Origin: Takakia lepidozioides
Taxonomy: Eukaryota; Plantae; Bryophyta
NCBI GenBank assembly: GCA_030704615.1
Contig: CM060733.1
Coordinates: 54,684,001-54,748,000, forward strand
Reading direction: 5' to 3'
Length of the DNA: 64,000 nucleotides
Shown: positions 48,918 to 61,434 of the stretch, in pieces
How the letters are laid out: the number at the start of each line of letters is the position of its first letter
Numbering within the stretch: position 1 is the stretch's first letter
Made by a program: the position numbers and the translations under genes
The notes under the pieces: model-generated
Told to the model about the DNA's origin: nothing
The model's input: the letters and a program-made list of their open reading frames with translations, nothing else
The model's database searches: none

Positions 48918-50379
48918 GAAGGAGAAAGGTGAGGACAAGGAGAAAGACGAGACTGCTGGGAGGTACACCCTCACTGTTCAATGTCCATTCGATGCCAAGC
49001 CACACCCTTCCCGTGCGGACTTGGCAGGGCAGATCAAGATTGTGAATGAGGGATGGCTGGCGATGATGAAGACTCGGAGAAAGAGTTACTCGGGGGTGCC
49101 ATCACCAACTTGGGATAACATGATTTCATTTCTTAATCTGGTAAGAATCATCCTCTTCACATGGGACTTTCGAATTTTGTGTATGCCAATGTAGATGATG
49201 GTTTCTGTTGGGACCCTCATTTCTGTTTGACTTGAAATTATACCGGTATGCTGCAGGTGAGCAATGGTCCCTCATTCGTATGCGGTGTTTAAAAACCCTT
49301 TGCCGCTGACATGGTCATCCTTGACATCCCAGACGACCTGCCTGTCCCCGACGTTCCTCCAAAGGGAAAGACTCCATCCTGGAACAGATTCGATGAGAAC
49401 TACTGGAGTTGGGTATTCGGCTTCTGCAATAATTTCCTTTCAGATGCAGGAACGCTTTTGCTCTTCCAGTCATGTGATAAGGATAGTCGTAGGGGTCTGG
49501 CATCATACCTGAAGTCGTCTGGGTTCGAAATTCTGAGGACATGGAATTGTGTGAACATCCTGTACCTTTTGAAAGGTGGTTGCCCTGGACAGCTGGTATG
49601 GCACCGCCCTACTCTGAACTGTTTCCCAATGTCTTTTCAGTTGTTTCTGCTGGCTTGCTCTACCACCATATGTGATGATCGGCACCGATCAACACAAAAA
49701 CATTCCATTGTAGTTTACATTTGCAGTCCAAGTTCTGTTCTTTCCTGCGCCAGAATTTCTTTGGAATTTCTATGTCTCACTCCTACCTTGCATCTTTGCC
49801 AGACAAGGATGTTTGAGGCAATCTGCTTGAGGCGGATTCGCACTTCCAAAACACCTTCATCTGTTCGCAGTTTTGAAATTTCCGACCAGGGGTGTTTTGT
49901 CAACCCCCCATATGAACCGCATGTGGATGACATGCTGTACAATTTCATGCACTCCAGTCAGACAGCCAAAAGACCAGACGGGTTTCCGTGGAGAGGTGCA
50001 AGGGAGAGAACCCCAACGTTCATGCAGACGCTCTTGGAATCATGCAGCCACCATTCTGCAAGGGTGGTCGACCTCACATTATCCACAGGTTCGTTGGTTC
50101 AATACTGTTTCCATTCTGAAGGTCTTCCAGTTTGCATCCGATTTTGCATCCTCTACAACCTTCTTGAGGCTTTCTGTCTTGGCAGGTGCGACTTACCATG
50201 CTTGCAAGGTTGGTGGGAGAAGCCTTTTTGGCATGGAGGGCGACACCGAACTATTCAAGAGTGTCCTCCTCCCTCTTGTGTCTGGCTCTACGTCTGGCAT
50301 ACAGACCAAACAAATTCAAATTAGAAATGATGACGATACCGAGGATAAGCAGATCGACAACGACTTCTCATGTGAGTAA
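48918..50379 (+). pseudogene. Spliced beta-class N4-C/N6-A DNA methyltransferase-like gene (N6_N4_Mtase-like fold)
   Basis: Exons 48918-49140, 49257-49595, 49803-50088, 50186-50379, with one TAA at 49290. Motif order: ADMVILDIPD (motif IV position), FCNNFLSDAGTLLL, YLKSSGFEILRTW, then RERTPTFMQTLLESCSHHSARVVDLTLSTGATYHACKVGGRSLFGME (motifs X-I-II). Confidence 0.7.
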
Positions 50380-51280
50380 GTCGGCCATGGAAATGTCATT
50401 CCAGTTTGGGTGCTTGTTCAATTTTGCATACATCAAAATTGCAGTAATAACTTTTATCATGCTTTGACTTGCAGGAACGGCAAGGATGGATCTTCAGGAG
50501 AAACCCCCATTTGTGCTGAGACTGTTTTCGACAGTCCCCTTTCCACTTTTGTGCTTCTTGTCTATGCCGAAGCAATGGCACTTGAAATGGCCGAGGCTCT
50601 ATCCCCTGACTTCTTATTGCCGATCGCAGGAGTAGCCATCGTAGATCCGGAGTTCTGAAATTCTTGGACTTGGATGCAGTGGACGCGGGGATACATTGTA
50701 CTAACTCTGGATCAGACTGAACTTCGCATTTTTTTTGTTCAATTTATATCCTATTCGGAACTCATTGAATTCCCTTGCCTCATTGTATTTGTTCCGGCAG
50801 AAAAAAAGGTGATTCAAACAATCTACTCGGATTCAAATGTCAATCTTCATGAATCCATCCCCTCAACCCCTCACACTCATGTCATATCCATTGCGCATTC
50901 ATCTATTGTGTATTCATGCATCCTCCATTCAAGAATGTTTTCCACCATTCAACATCCATCTCACATTCATCCATTCGCTTGCATTGTTCCCACATATCCA
51001 TATATTTCTCATCCACTCTACATTCATCCATCCTGCATTCAATTGTTGCTTTTAGGTGGGGATGACCACGTCCTTTTATTATTTCGTCGAACTTGTTTCC
51101 GCGGTTGAGGGTGCTCTTCCGCGGAAATACAGTCTGCTTCTTAATTGGCGCGCGTTGACGTGGCTTTTAAGCTCGATGACGTGGAGTGAGCCCGGTGACG
51201 TGGCGTTCGTTCAAGGTGACGTGGCGTGAGCGCGGCTGCGCTCACGCGCTCATGCCACCAGGCTCACGCCGAGGCATCCC

Positions 51281-52316
51281 TGCCCTCCTCTTTGACATAT
51301 GCAATTACTTTGTTTGTCAATTGGAATTCTGCAAGCAGGGGTTTAACAATTTCTACTTGGGCAGCCCCAGCTGTATCAGGAGCCTCGAACAAGCCTATAG
51401 TGACATGTCTTGGCAACCACTTTTCATCAATGAAATTCACAACCAACACGAATATATCAAACCATGTCCTAGACATTCATAGATCAAATGTAACAGTGAC
51501 AATTACACAACTACCTAGGACAGACCAAACATAAGTTTCCATGGTTTTGGCAAGTAGACCTGGGATGTATTCCTTAACCAGCTGTTTGCGGGTTGGGAAA
51601 CGAATTTTAAGGTCCTTGCGCATTACTAGTCTACGGAGCCAAGGCGACTCCACAGTTGACAAAGCCTCATAGCCTTTTGCAATGAAAAGGACCAAGTCCT
51701 CAATGAACCTCAGCTGAGGAAGGTCGTTCTTTTTGTAACCCCCTTGGCCACCAAAATACTCCGTGATCACAGATGGAGCAACAGACTTACGCTTCTTGCA
51801 TTTCACTCTGCCTCCTTGTACCCCACCTTCAGTAGATTGTGCCTCCGCCTTATACTTGGCAAAGTCCTCTGGATGCTCATTTAGGAGATGCTTCTTCATG
51901 GAAGTGCCCCCATGAGAAGGGTTATATTGCACCAGCCCTTTTCTAGATCTGGTGGTACTCTGGGAACTCTGTGAGGGCTCTTCAGTACAGTAGTTGTTGT
52001 GGCAAATAATGCACCTCATTATTTGCACAACTTGCACATCAACAACAGACTTCTGATCGTGAAGAAGAAAGAATGCCCAAACAGCAATTGAACGATGGTA
52101 TGGTACCCAAAAGCGTTGATTCTTGGCAAGAGATGCATACCGGACTCTCCACGTTGCTAGGTCTTCTGCAGCTTGAATCTTGTTCCTGCTTTCGGTAGGC
52201 TGCAACACCTCTGAGGTCGTGCAAGTGCTATGTTGTTGTTCATTTACGAGCGTTGTATCACCTGCTTCATCCCCAATGCAAGCCTCAAAATCACTGAAAG
52301 ACATGCCCTGATCCAT
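51281..52316 (-). pseudogene. Truncated hAT transposase with BED zinc finger
   Basis: VWAFF..MRCIIC..GTSMKKHLLNEH (BED), VESPWLRRL..FPTRKQL, VTFDL*MSR (stop at the conserved W), HVTIGLFEA, cut after IAYVKEEG. Confidence 0.88.
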
Positions 52317-53049
52317 CTCAACAGAAATTACAATATCCCAAAAAGTACGGCCACTTAAGGGAAACCCTTGCAAAGCTTAGGCAGACCACTACTAAAGTTT
52401 CAATTCACTATCCAGTGAAGATGAGGGTTGCTAGTATGAGGACTAAGGGTAAACCATTTAAGCATTGACACCAGCCACCAAACTAACAAAAGAATCAGTA
52501 CACATTAACAATGCATTTTGGAGTTCTGATCTCTAGTTCCAAAGCAAGAGCAGGTGGGCTGTAACAAATCATAATCGTTGGCAGAAGAATGATCCAGGTT
52601 AGAAGAAGCCGGCCCCAGAAGAAGAAAATCACCTGTCGAGATTGCATACACATAACACGTACGTCCATAAGAGCCTTCATGAAGGCAGATTGTTTGCTGC
52701 AAAGCCAAAGACTAGAATATTGCTGCAATCCGCAGCCACTACTCTGCTCATTGAAGGAGCCGCACCCTACTGTAGCATAGGCGCAAAAATCTAACGCCAT
52801 CGCCATATTGATACCCAGCTCTGTCCACCATAAAGTTGCCGCAATACTGGTATTGTGACCACGCTGCATTTGCACATACCCAGACTGGTATGGTATGTGT
52901 GGGGGGGAATCCTAAAGACATACTCCCCCCAGTACGTGTATGACATGGGTACCCTGGTTCGTTCATACCCGACCGGTATGTTCTTCAATATATATATTCA
53001 TACCTGTATTCCATACCTAGGTCCAATTAGGTATACCAGTCCAACACTG
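51281..53049 (-). mobile_element. 5' half of a hAT transposon
   Basis: Terminus CAGTGTTGGACTGGTATACC (reverse complement, ending at 53049); subterminal GGTAT/ATACC motifs; contains the transposase below. Confidence 0.8.
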
Positions 53050-53744
53050 GTTAATTCACCTATGCAACATTGTTTGTATGGAACAAAAGAAGCATATTGG
53101 ACCAACAACAAAACGTAACATTCAACTTCTAGATTATGCCAATCATTTTACAACCGATTTGTAACTACAATCTGACTGGGCTTGCATGTATTCCATGTAT
53201 TTATTTTTTAGCTTTCCAATACCAAACTCTTTGCCAAGCAAAGAATTATGTTTTATTGAATTGATCCTAAGTGCTTGGGGCTTGATGAGATAGGAACCAT
53301 TGAAAACTAAAATTAAAATTCCAATATCACGAAGAGACTACCCTTACCCGACGAGGTTAATGGATAACCATGGATAAGTTTAATCAATATTGTTACCACA
53401 TCCCAAAGAATGCCTAACAAACAGTCCAACAAAGTGCCAGACATTCCTTATTTTTGGATAATTGGAGAGATGGTTACTAATGGATGTCGTTGACTAATTT
53501 CCGGGCAGGTTCGTTCAGGGTCCTCAGGCTTTCAAAAAAGAAAAAAGAAAGAATGTAGGGGCAAGGCTTTAATCTAAGTTTGAAAACATTAGTTCGTCCC
53601 CCACCCGGACGGTGTGTTTGCCTCATGGCCCTTGGGCTTTTTCTTTTTCCCCGTTTTTAATCAAATTTCACCAAGAGTTTTTTTTTAATATTAATAAAGG
53701 GAAACACCTGGGAGCCACAGCTCACAAATCAGGCCCCTTGATAG

Positions 53745-53912
53745 TGAGAGGAGAAAATAACCTCTTTCACAGTAACCTCGCCATGAAGGCTGAGAAATGG
53801 GACACCGCCCAGGGAAGGGGGGAGAAGAGTATACCACACCCATCAAGTAGCAGGATATGACCCCAGACTCATCTGGGTGGCACTCAGTGCACTAACCAAT
53901 TGAGCTACTGAT
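53745..53912 (-). mobile_element. Degenerate tRNA-derived SINE
   Basis: On the - strand GTAGCTCAATTGGTTAGTGCAC (A box) and GGGTCATATCC (degenerate B box); no full cloverleaf. Confidence 0.5.
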
Positions 53913-54488
53913 GGTTGGTGAGAGCTTCCGATTCCCCTCTTTGTTTTTTTGAAGGAAAAAACCATTTTCCGTGAATCCATTAAGTTCTTCCTATTGTCTT
54001 CCTATATATATATAGTCTGTTTCTTATGTGTCCTTTTCTCAAAGCAACAGAGAGCCACGTCAGAGGAATCCAAAGCTGCACTCTGATTGGCCAGAGCCCT
54101 CAATTCCTCCAATCACAGGACCTCTAAGTTGTCACCGGAACCTGGGGTGCAAGCGACCCACAATAGCCGGTGGATGGCAGAGCTGCAAGAATCAGAAGAG
54201 AGGGGAGAAGGAAGCAGACGTGTTTTTTGTTTCCATCTTCGAGTGTGGAGGTCACAGCTGCAGCTTTGATGGATTAATGGGGTTTCTGAGTTAGATTCTG
54301 GTTTGCTAGTTTGAGTCTTAAGAGGTGGGTCGGGGCCTGAGCTTAGTTTTGAGGGATCTTTTCTCTGCAGTGGATGGTCTTGTATGATCTCGCCGTTGGC
54401 CTTACATTTTTGTGAAGATTTGCTAGTGGGTTTGTTTGCAAGCGTGTGCTGCATTGTAGTTTGAATCGGAGAACAGTAGGTCAGTGGA

Positions 54489-57400
54489 ATGGAGCACTCG
54501 GGGGGGTTATGGCTGCGGTTGTTGGTGATGGCTCTTGCAATCGTGCAAGGAGGAAGGTCGGTGTCGGCTCTGTATGGGCCATCATCTGATGTCACGATTC
54601 TGACTTCGTCCAATTTCAAGTCCAAGGTGCGTATCTGTCCACACACAATTTGTTTCGAAGCTACCAGAGTTTCACCTTCTTCAACACCTCCTTCAATATC
54701 ACACGATCAGCGTAAGTGATGACATATTGGAAACGGGACAATGTCAGTTGCGAATAAGCATTGGCTATTCCTTATTGAGATTGTCAAGTGGCTGTGGTAT
54801 TTTGCGGGGGGAAACATTGCACTTGTGGGTGCATTCTATCTCAAAGTACCGACAATGTAGTTCCAAAGACGGACGGACATTCCAAGGGGTAGATACAGTC
54901 GTATCGACAAGATGGGCAACTTTGCCTGCTGACTATATTGTGTGGCTGGCGAGGGCAGGTGTTACAAGCAGATGGGTTAGTTTTGGTGGAGTTCTTTGCA
55001 AATTGGTGTGGCCATTGTAAGAATTTGGCTCCGGCATGGGAGAAGGTTGCGATGTCCCTCAAGGGAATCGCCACAGTGGCTGCAGTGGATGCAGATACTC
55101 ACCGGGATCTTGCTCAGGTATGGAACAATTGTCTTCGGCAGAAACTCGCGAAGGTGTTGAGGTGGATGAGGATGCACCTCAATTTTGACATCAAGGATAC
55201 TGGCAGGATCTTCAAGAGAATGAAGGACATAGAAAACGCAGATTTCTAGAGATTAAGGGTTTGAATCTTCTAATGTGTATCCTTCTGGTGCTCCCACTGC
55301 CTTTCCAGTGCATTCAATTGACTAGTGGATTCTTGAGGAGAGAGAATGTACATAGGACGTTGTTTGCTCAATGCCTTTTGGCCATAGAACCCCTACCCAG
55401 TTTGGTTGGAACAAGAGGGAAAAGTCACTACCTTTGTGAGGGGCTCACTCCTGTCATGGGACTTACCTTGATCAATTAGTTTGGGCTTTCCAGATTTCCT
55501 GTAGAAAGCCCTTCACACAAGAGTCAATCTGCTGTCTGTGAACTGCCCATAAATTAGATGCCAACAGGGTTAGGGCTACAGGATATATATATATATATAT
55601 ATATCTGTTGCTGATGAGAGATCTTTGATTGGTTTTAATAGGAGTATGGTATAAAAGGGTTTCCTACTATTAAGGTTTTCGGAGTGGGCAAGTCACCTCT
55701 TGACTACCAAGGAGCACGGGAGGCCAAGCCAATTGTGGAGTATGCCCTTCAGCAGGTATCACACTTTCTCAGATTCTCAGTTACCCAGCTGATTTGCTAT
55801 CTGTTCATGTTTTGTCAATTTAGGTTCTGTCTGTGGCCAACTATTGCTCACTCCTGTTGACCCCATCCCCTCTTGCGCCTCTCTTTATTTGCACTGGAGA
55901 GCTATGTTTACCATGGTTGGAATAGCATTTTTTATGAAACGTGATGTAACCAGCCTATGGCAACTTTCATTCAGATTGAAACCATAAACTTGCTCTGACA
56001 TGAATGCCCAGCCCTCTGCAACACTCAGACCCTGCTCTGCTCTTATTCTGTCCCTCCTACCCATTCTGTTTCTGGTCTGTCCAAAATGCCCGCATGATGT
56101 GCTTCTCTTGGTTGTTCGACTTGTCCTGTGGGCCCCTATCCATGTTTCAAGTTTTTCCTGCTTCCTGACCATGCTTCCCAAGTGCACCTTGATTTTGTGT
56201 GTGTTCAAGGTTGTCTTAATCTTCGGACAAGTTGGGTTTGGGAAGATTTAGTGGCGAGATTGATGTCGTTCTGCAGGACGTTAGAGCTTATGTCTACTTT
56301 TTGTGATGCAAAGAACAGGTAAAGGGGCTTGCTCTAGATAGGTTGAATGGCAAGAGCAGTAAGAGCACCAAGAAAGATGGAGGCAAGAAAGATGGGGGTA
56401 GCAGTGCTTCCATAGAACTTACTTCGAGCAATTTTGACAAGCTGGTCCTTGAGAGTGACGACATCTGGCTTGTTGAGTTTTTTGCACCCTGGTACTCACC
56501 CACCCCCTCTCTCTCTCTCTCTTTCTCTCCCTTTGTGTTCCGCTCAAACTGGGCGCGGGGTCAATGGCCACAAGGCTACGGCAAACGTCTTATGAGTACA
56601 TTCTCTCTCTCCCTCCTGTGGACGTTGTGAAGTTTCCTTCTCTCCTCTATCATGTTAGAAATGGGCCCTTGAACAGTGGATATTGTAACTTTGTTTCATT
56701 CCCCCATGCAGACACCCCTTAATCACAATTTTTGTGAGAGAAGCCTGGGTAGAGAATGACACATAGTCATGAGGTCAGCCAACTATAAGGTTGCAACTGG
56801 TTCCCTGTCCAGAGCATTAGTATATGTGTGTGGGTTTGAAAGATCACAGCTCCTTGAGATGTCTTAATATGGGCTCATACAGCTGATACAATGGGCGTCA
56901 TGTATCTGGAAATGTGCAAAAGTATGCTGTCTATGCATTTGTCCTTTCTTTCATGGTAGTCTTTGACAGTGAAAACTGGTGGTCTAAGCTTTGGAAGTTC
57001 ATTTACAATCCATGTAATCCGTGTAATGTCACTAGGATGCACGCACGTCTTCTCTAGGTTAAGTTATTGGCATGGTGCACATTCTTCAAAATCCAGAACA
57101 AATTATAATCCTGTTAGTGGAGAGCACAAGAGCGTGAAGTCTTTCCGGCAAATGGAAACTGCTTTACCTTGTACTCTTTCCCTGTCTAACTGTCCTATTT
57201 CTCTTATCTATTAGTACCCTTTCTTCAAGTTGGAGTTGTGCAGATTCTAACATCAGTTAGATATGGGAGGACAGGTGTGGGCATTGCCAGAAATTGGCCC
57301 CAGAGTGGAAGACTGCAGCCAAGAGCTTGAAGGGCAAAGTGAAGCTCGGACAAGTTGACTGTGATGCTGAGAAGGTTTTGTCTCTGATACGCTTTACTTT

Positions 57401-59726
57401 GTGTCAGGGATAACCTTTTCCTCATCCTCTAGCTGTCTTGTTTTCCCTGCCATGTTATGGGTATATCCCAGTTGTAGGTGTGGACATTGATGCATTTTGC
57501 AATTACATGGCATCAAATCCAAAAGCCATCATCCACTGTTCCAAATAATGATTGAACTGCAAGTAACACCTGAGGAGAATATTCAACACAACAGGGAAGC
57601 CTAAGAGACATAAGATGAATGCAGTGGTGAAGGTCTTTGATAAAAACTGTACCTATATATTCTAAGTGGCGATCAATTATCTATACTTACCATATAATGA
57701 ACAGTCATGGTAGTGAAGAAACTGTATCTGATTCTCACAGAGTTAGTCTTACTTTGTTGCAGTCACTTGCAAGCAAGTATGACATTAAGGGTTTTCCCAC
57801 TATTTTGCTGTTTGGAGCCGACAAGAACCCCACTGTTTATGAGGGTGCAAGAGTGGCAGGAGCTATTGAATCATTTGCACTGTCACAACTGGAATTAAAT
57901 GTGGCTGCACCTGAAGTGGTGGAGCTCACTGGACAGGTATGTTTAACCACCTTTTTTATTCTCTTCATTGTAGAGCATTAGCCTTTTGTTTGTCAAATGA
58001 AGCTTTCCCCTCTTCTGTTTTGGCTAATTCAGTCTAATCCTGTATGCTATGCACATGGCTCTGAGCACTGATACGCTGACATGTCTTCTGGCTGTAGGAG
58101 GTCCTGGAAAACCAATGTGGATCAGCAGCAGTTTGCCTTGTAACGTTTTTACCTGATATCTTGGATTCCAAAGCAGTGGGGCGCAACAAGTACCTTGATG
58201 TACTTCAGGCTGTTACTGAGAAATATAAGAGGAATGCTTACAGGTCGGTTCGTTGCACAGTGTCCACTTGCTTTGATGCCATGTTCAATGTAGGACACAG
58301 TGAGGAGGAAGGCACTGCGAGTTATTCCAGATTGCAAGGCATGAATATACTCATTGTCTGTTCCCTGTGATTGTTGACTCTGATACCCTTTAATGGTGTA
58401 GCTCTAATGGGATTTCATTGGGGCGACCCATCTATTCTGCACAAAGATGCTTAGCTTCCAGAGTTCTGGTGGGATCTGAAGTATGGGGATGGGCACCATG
58501 CACACACACAGAATTTTTTAGACGAGCAGGAGGGAGGAGCCTAATAGCCCATGCGATTCACCTGAAAGAAAAGTGTGGGGTGTCTAGGTACATATGGGCT
58601 GCAGCGGGTAAGCAGAAAGATCTGGAAAATGCTGTTGGTGTAGGAGGCTATGGCTATCCAGCCATGGTGGCACTAAATGTGAAGAAGAGTGTCTATGCCC
58701 CTCTCCGAAGCGCATTTGATAAGGAGGCCGTCATGTGAGTTCTATTCCATGATCTCCTTTTCATTCAAGCTGACATCTTTGGCTTCATTTTCATTTTGGG
58801 TAACATTTGAAGTGAGACAGAGAACACTTTGGCCTGGCAAAGAAGGCAGGTGCGCCCTTGTTTGCCACCTCTACTCTGCAGCATACTGATGACGGGGTGG
58901 AAGCTCTCCTTCAGATTTGAAGTCCCACTAGTGCTTGTTTTGCATTGACTTGTGAGTTTGTTAAGTGCATTCTGAGAATATTAGCCAACACTATGCGAGT
59001 TAAGATGGTTTTTTGATTGATGGGATGAGTTATCCAGGCAGGTAGGAGAGGATGTATCTTATTGATCTCTGGTAGATGTATTATTGTGCAACCAGGTGGC
59101 TTGGTAGTGCATATGGAATGATGATTACCATGGCTTCCTACCCTTGTTTGGTCCTGTTCTCTTCTGTCAGTTCTTGCCTTATGTATTCTCTGTCTACTTT
59201 TTCCTGTAAGCTCATTCCAGTTGGGGTGGAAAAGTCTTTACAACTTTGCTCCCAGTCTTGTGTCATCTATGTGACAACCAGCGGTTTTGCAAGAGTCAGC
59301 TGCAGTTGATTTCTGGAGAGAGAGATACAAAGAAAGACAAATTGTAGTGTCTGCAGGGCACCCCAAGGACCCATGGAACATCGTCAAACAATAAGAAACC
59401 ACTTCAAAGATAGAGGTCCTTGTTAGGTCTCACTTCCTGTAACCTTCTGACCAGAGAAGAGGTGATCATCCATTATCTGGAGCTTCTCTCCTGATAGTTA
59501 GCCCTTTGGTGTTTGCCTGAAACAGTGTTGTGGGGTGAAATTGTTCAGAAAATTTGTCTCAGAGGTTGGCAAAGGTGGCAAGGGGAATGTGCCACTCAAC
59601 AGTGTTCCGGCAATTGTAGAGACTGAGGCTTGGGATGGAAAAGATGGAGAGCTGATTGAAGAGGATGAGTTTTCACTTGCGGAGCTAATGGGCGGGGATG
59701 GTGATGAATCAAAGGATGAGCTCTAG
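54489..59726 (+). CDS. Protein disulfide isomerase of PDIA6/P5 (PDIL2-2/2-3) type, 9 exons
   Basis: Exons 54489-54626, 54959-55117, 55642-55755, 56319-56491, 57275-57374, 57763-57936, 58098-58243, 58588-58734, 59549-59726. Signal peptide, two WCGHC sites, [12 protein letters not shown], acidic tail and KDEL. Confidence 0.95.
55340..55580 (-). mobile_element. Old LINE-A 3' fragment in PDI intron 2
   Basis: Alignable to 8720-8970; begins GAGAGAGAATGTACATAGGACGTTGTTTGC. Confidence 0.75.
56533..56605 (+). mobile_element. ~70-bp LINE-A tip in PDI intron 4
   Basis: CGCTCAAACTGGGCGCGGGGTCAATGGCCACAAGGCTACGGCAAACGTCTTATGAGTACA, flanked by TCTCTCCCT, inside a (TC)n tract. Confidence 0.88.
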
Positions 59727-61434
59727 AGGTAATATGATGTCCGCCACCAGGGCATTGTGTTTCTCGACCAAAGCATTTGTGACAATTATGGAAGGTGGAC
59801 GTTATAGCAATTTCGGCAAGAAGAAAGGGTTTCTTAGAGTTGGAGCTTTGTAAAGCTCTGAAAGAACCCACTCAAAAGTAGAAATTTCATCTTGAGACTG
59901 GTATATGTTGTCCCAGTTTTGTTCCGGAAAGTGTCCGACATTTGAAAAGATCACCACTGCCAGTTGTTTGTAGCTGATAGCATGGCATGTGTTCCTAGTT
60001 CAAACAAATTCAAAGCAATCGATTCTGTTCGGATTAGTTCATGAATCCCTCATGTTGTTCTCAAAGCTTTGATGCCGAAGAGGTTCGATGATGTGCCCTC
60101 GATCACATTGCTTCACCCCCATTGAGTCTTCATAGAGATGTAGAAACACAGAACTGCATTGCAAGTGGAATCAGCCAGTCATTCTGGCCTGAAAATATGC
60201 ATGCAATTACAGTGCCTAACCCAACCCCCCTACAGTTTCGATAGAAAGGAAGATCCACATAATTGACATTGCAAGTTGAACCAGCTGGTGGTTCTTCCCT
60301 GAAGTATGTGGTGACAGTGGAAGAAACCTGAAAGCCACGGACTCAGGGAGGGAAACAGAGTTGTCCATATTTACAAGGGTGACGCGGGGCATCATGATAT
60401 TATGATATTAGGTGACCAGTGTTGAAGTAATACCTCCATGGAGTCATGGATATCCTGGGTACTTCTGGTTAATCCTCATGGTTGTGGAGGGCTGGTTTTG
60501 ACAACGGTTATGCCAAGGGTGGTTTTCCATCCTTCGGTCCTGTAAGACAACTTGTCTGATGTCTACGACATGCAACCCAGTTTTCTGGTGCTCATATATG
60601 CCTTACAGCACTCATCATTCTTGGCCTTGCATTAGTTTCCTTGCTATCTAGGTCACAGTTCCAAAGCTTAGATTACTGGCAGTTTTCCCTAGCAACAAGT
60701 GCCATGAGGAGTACTGCGAAGCTTGCGTGTCTTCCTCAGTTTTGGCAAGAAGAATCAACCCTGGCCTCCACTCCGAAGGGATCAAAATCAGGAATGCAAC
60801 ATGTTGTGTATATGCTTGCAAAGAGCCATTATTCAATTGGCATCATGGTTCTCTTAGAGATCGAGATGGGTATATGATTAAGTTTGCTTGGAGCAAGACG
60901 TCATTATCGCAGTTCTTAGATTGAGATGTTCTACTCACACAGTAAAGACGAAGAATGTGCAGAGATATCTCATTGATATGATCAGAGGATGTACTCCAGT
61001 ACAACTGCAACATTAGCAGAGGCGGAGAGCCTTTCACTGACGATACTGTTCTAAATCAAATGCTGGCCAGGCGCAGAATCAACGAAAAGTTAAAAAGAAC
61101 GGAGAACTGAATTCGAAAACTAACGAGGTCGTCCACCAGAAGCAGCAGCCCGCCTGTTTTCAAACCTTCGGTGGCGGTGAAGGACGAAGACAACGATTTG
61201 GGCTCTGGGGATTGTGTGTGTATGCGCGCGCCGAGCTTGAAATGGTTGTGGATTTGAGAGGCTTGAGTTGGGCGCTCACCCACAGTGCCTACCGTCTTCT
61301 TCCCACCCTGGGAGCATGCTCACATTTTTGTGTGATTACTTTGAAGCCTGCCTTCAAGCAGTGCTGAGTCCTTCGAGCTCCTGCCGATTTTTGCAGACAC
61401 GAAAGGCAGTGCTGGGCGGGGACGTACATCCAAG

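Larger units (their letters stand above)
40913..51280. mobile_element. Large MULE-like DNA transposon with cargo gene and internal satellite
   Basis: Imperfect inverted ends (GGGAGCCACAGCGT vs reverse complement GGGATGCCTCGGCGTGAGC); clusters of CGTGAGC/GCTCACG at both ends. The right end abruptly truncates a hAT transposase ORF. No TSD found, so the left boundary is less certain. Confidence 0.7.

Noticed and set aside
49311-50324. 337-aa ORF as a single-exon gene
   Set aside because: It reads through a 207-nt in-frame intron and past the 50088 donor; only the spliced form gives coherent motifs.
50475-50658. Additional last exon of the methyltransferase-like gene via the donor at 50376
   Set aside because: Splicing would be in frame, but the peptide is uninformative and a stop at 50377-50379 already ends the ORF; unresolved without transcripts.
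53840-53912. tRNA gene
   Set aside because: A box present but B box degenerate and no acceptor stem; treated as a SINE head.
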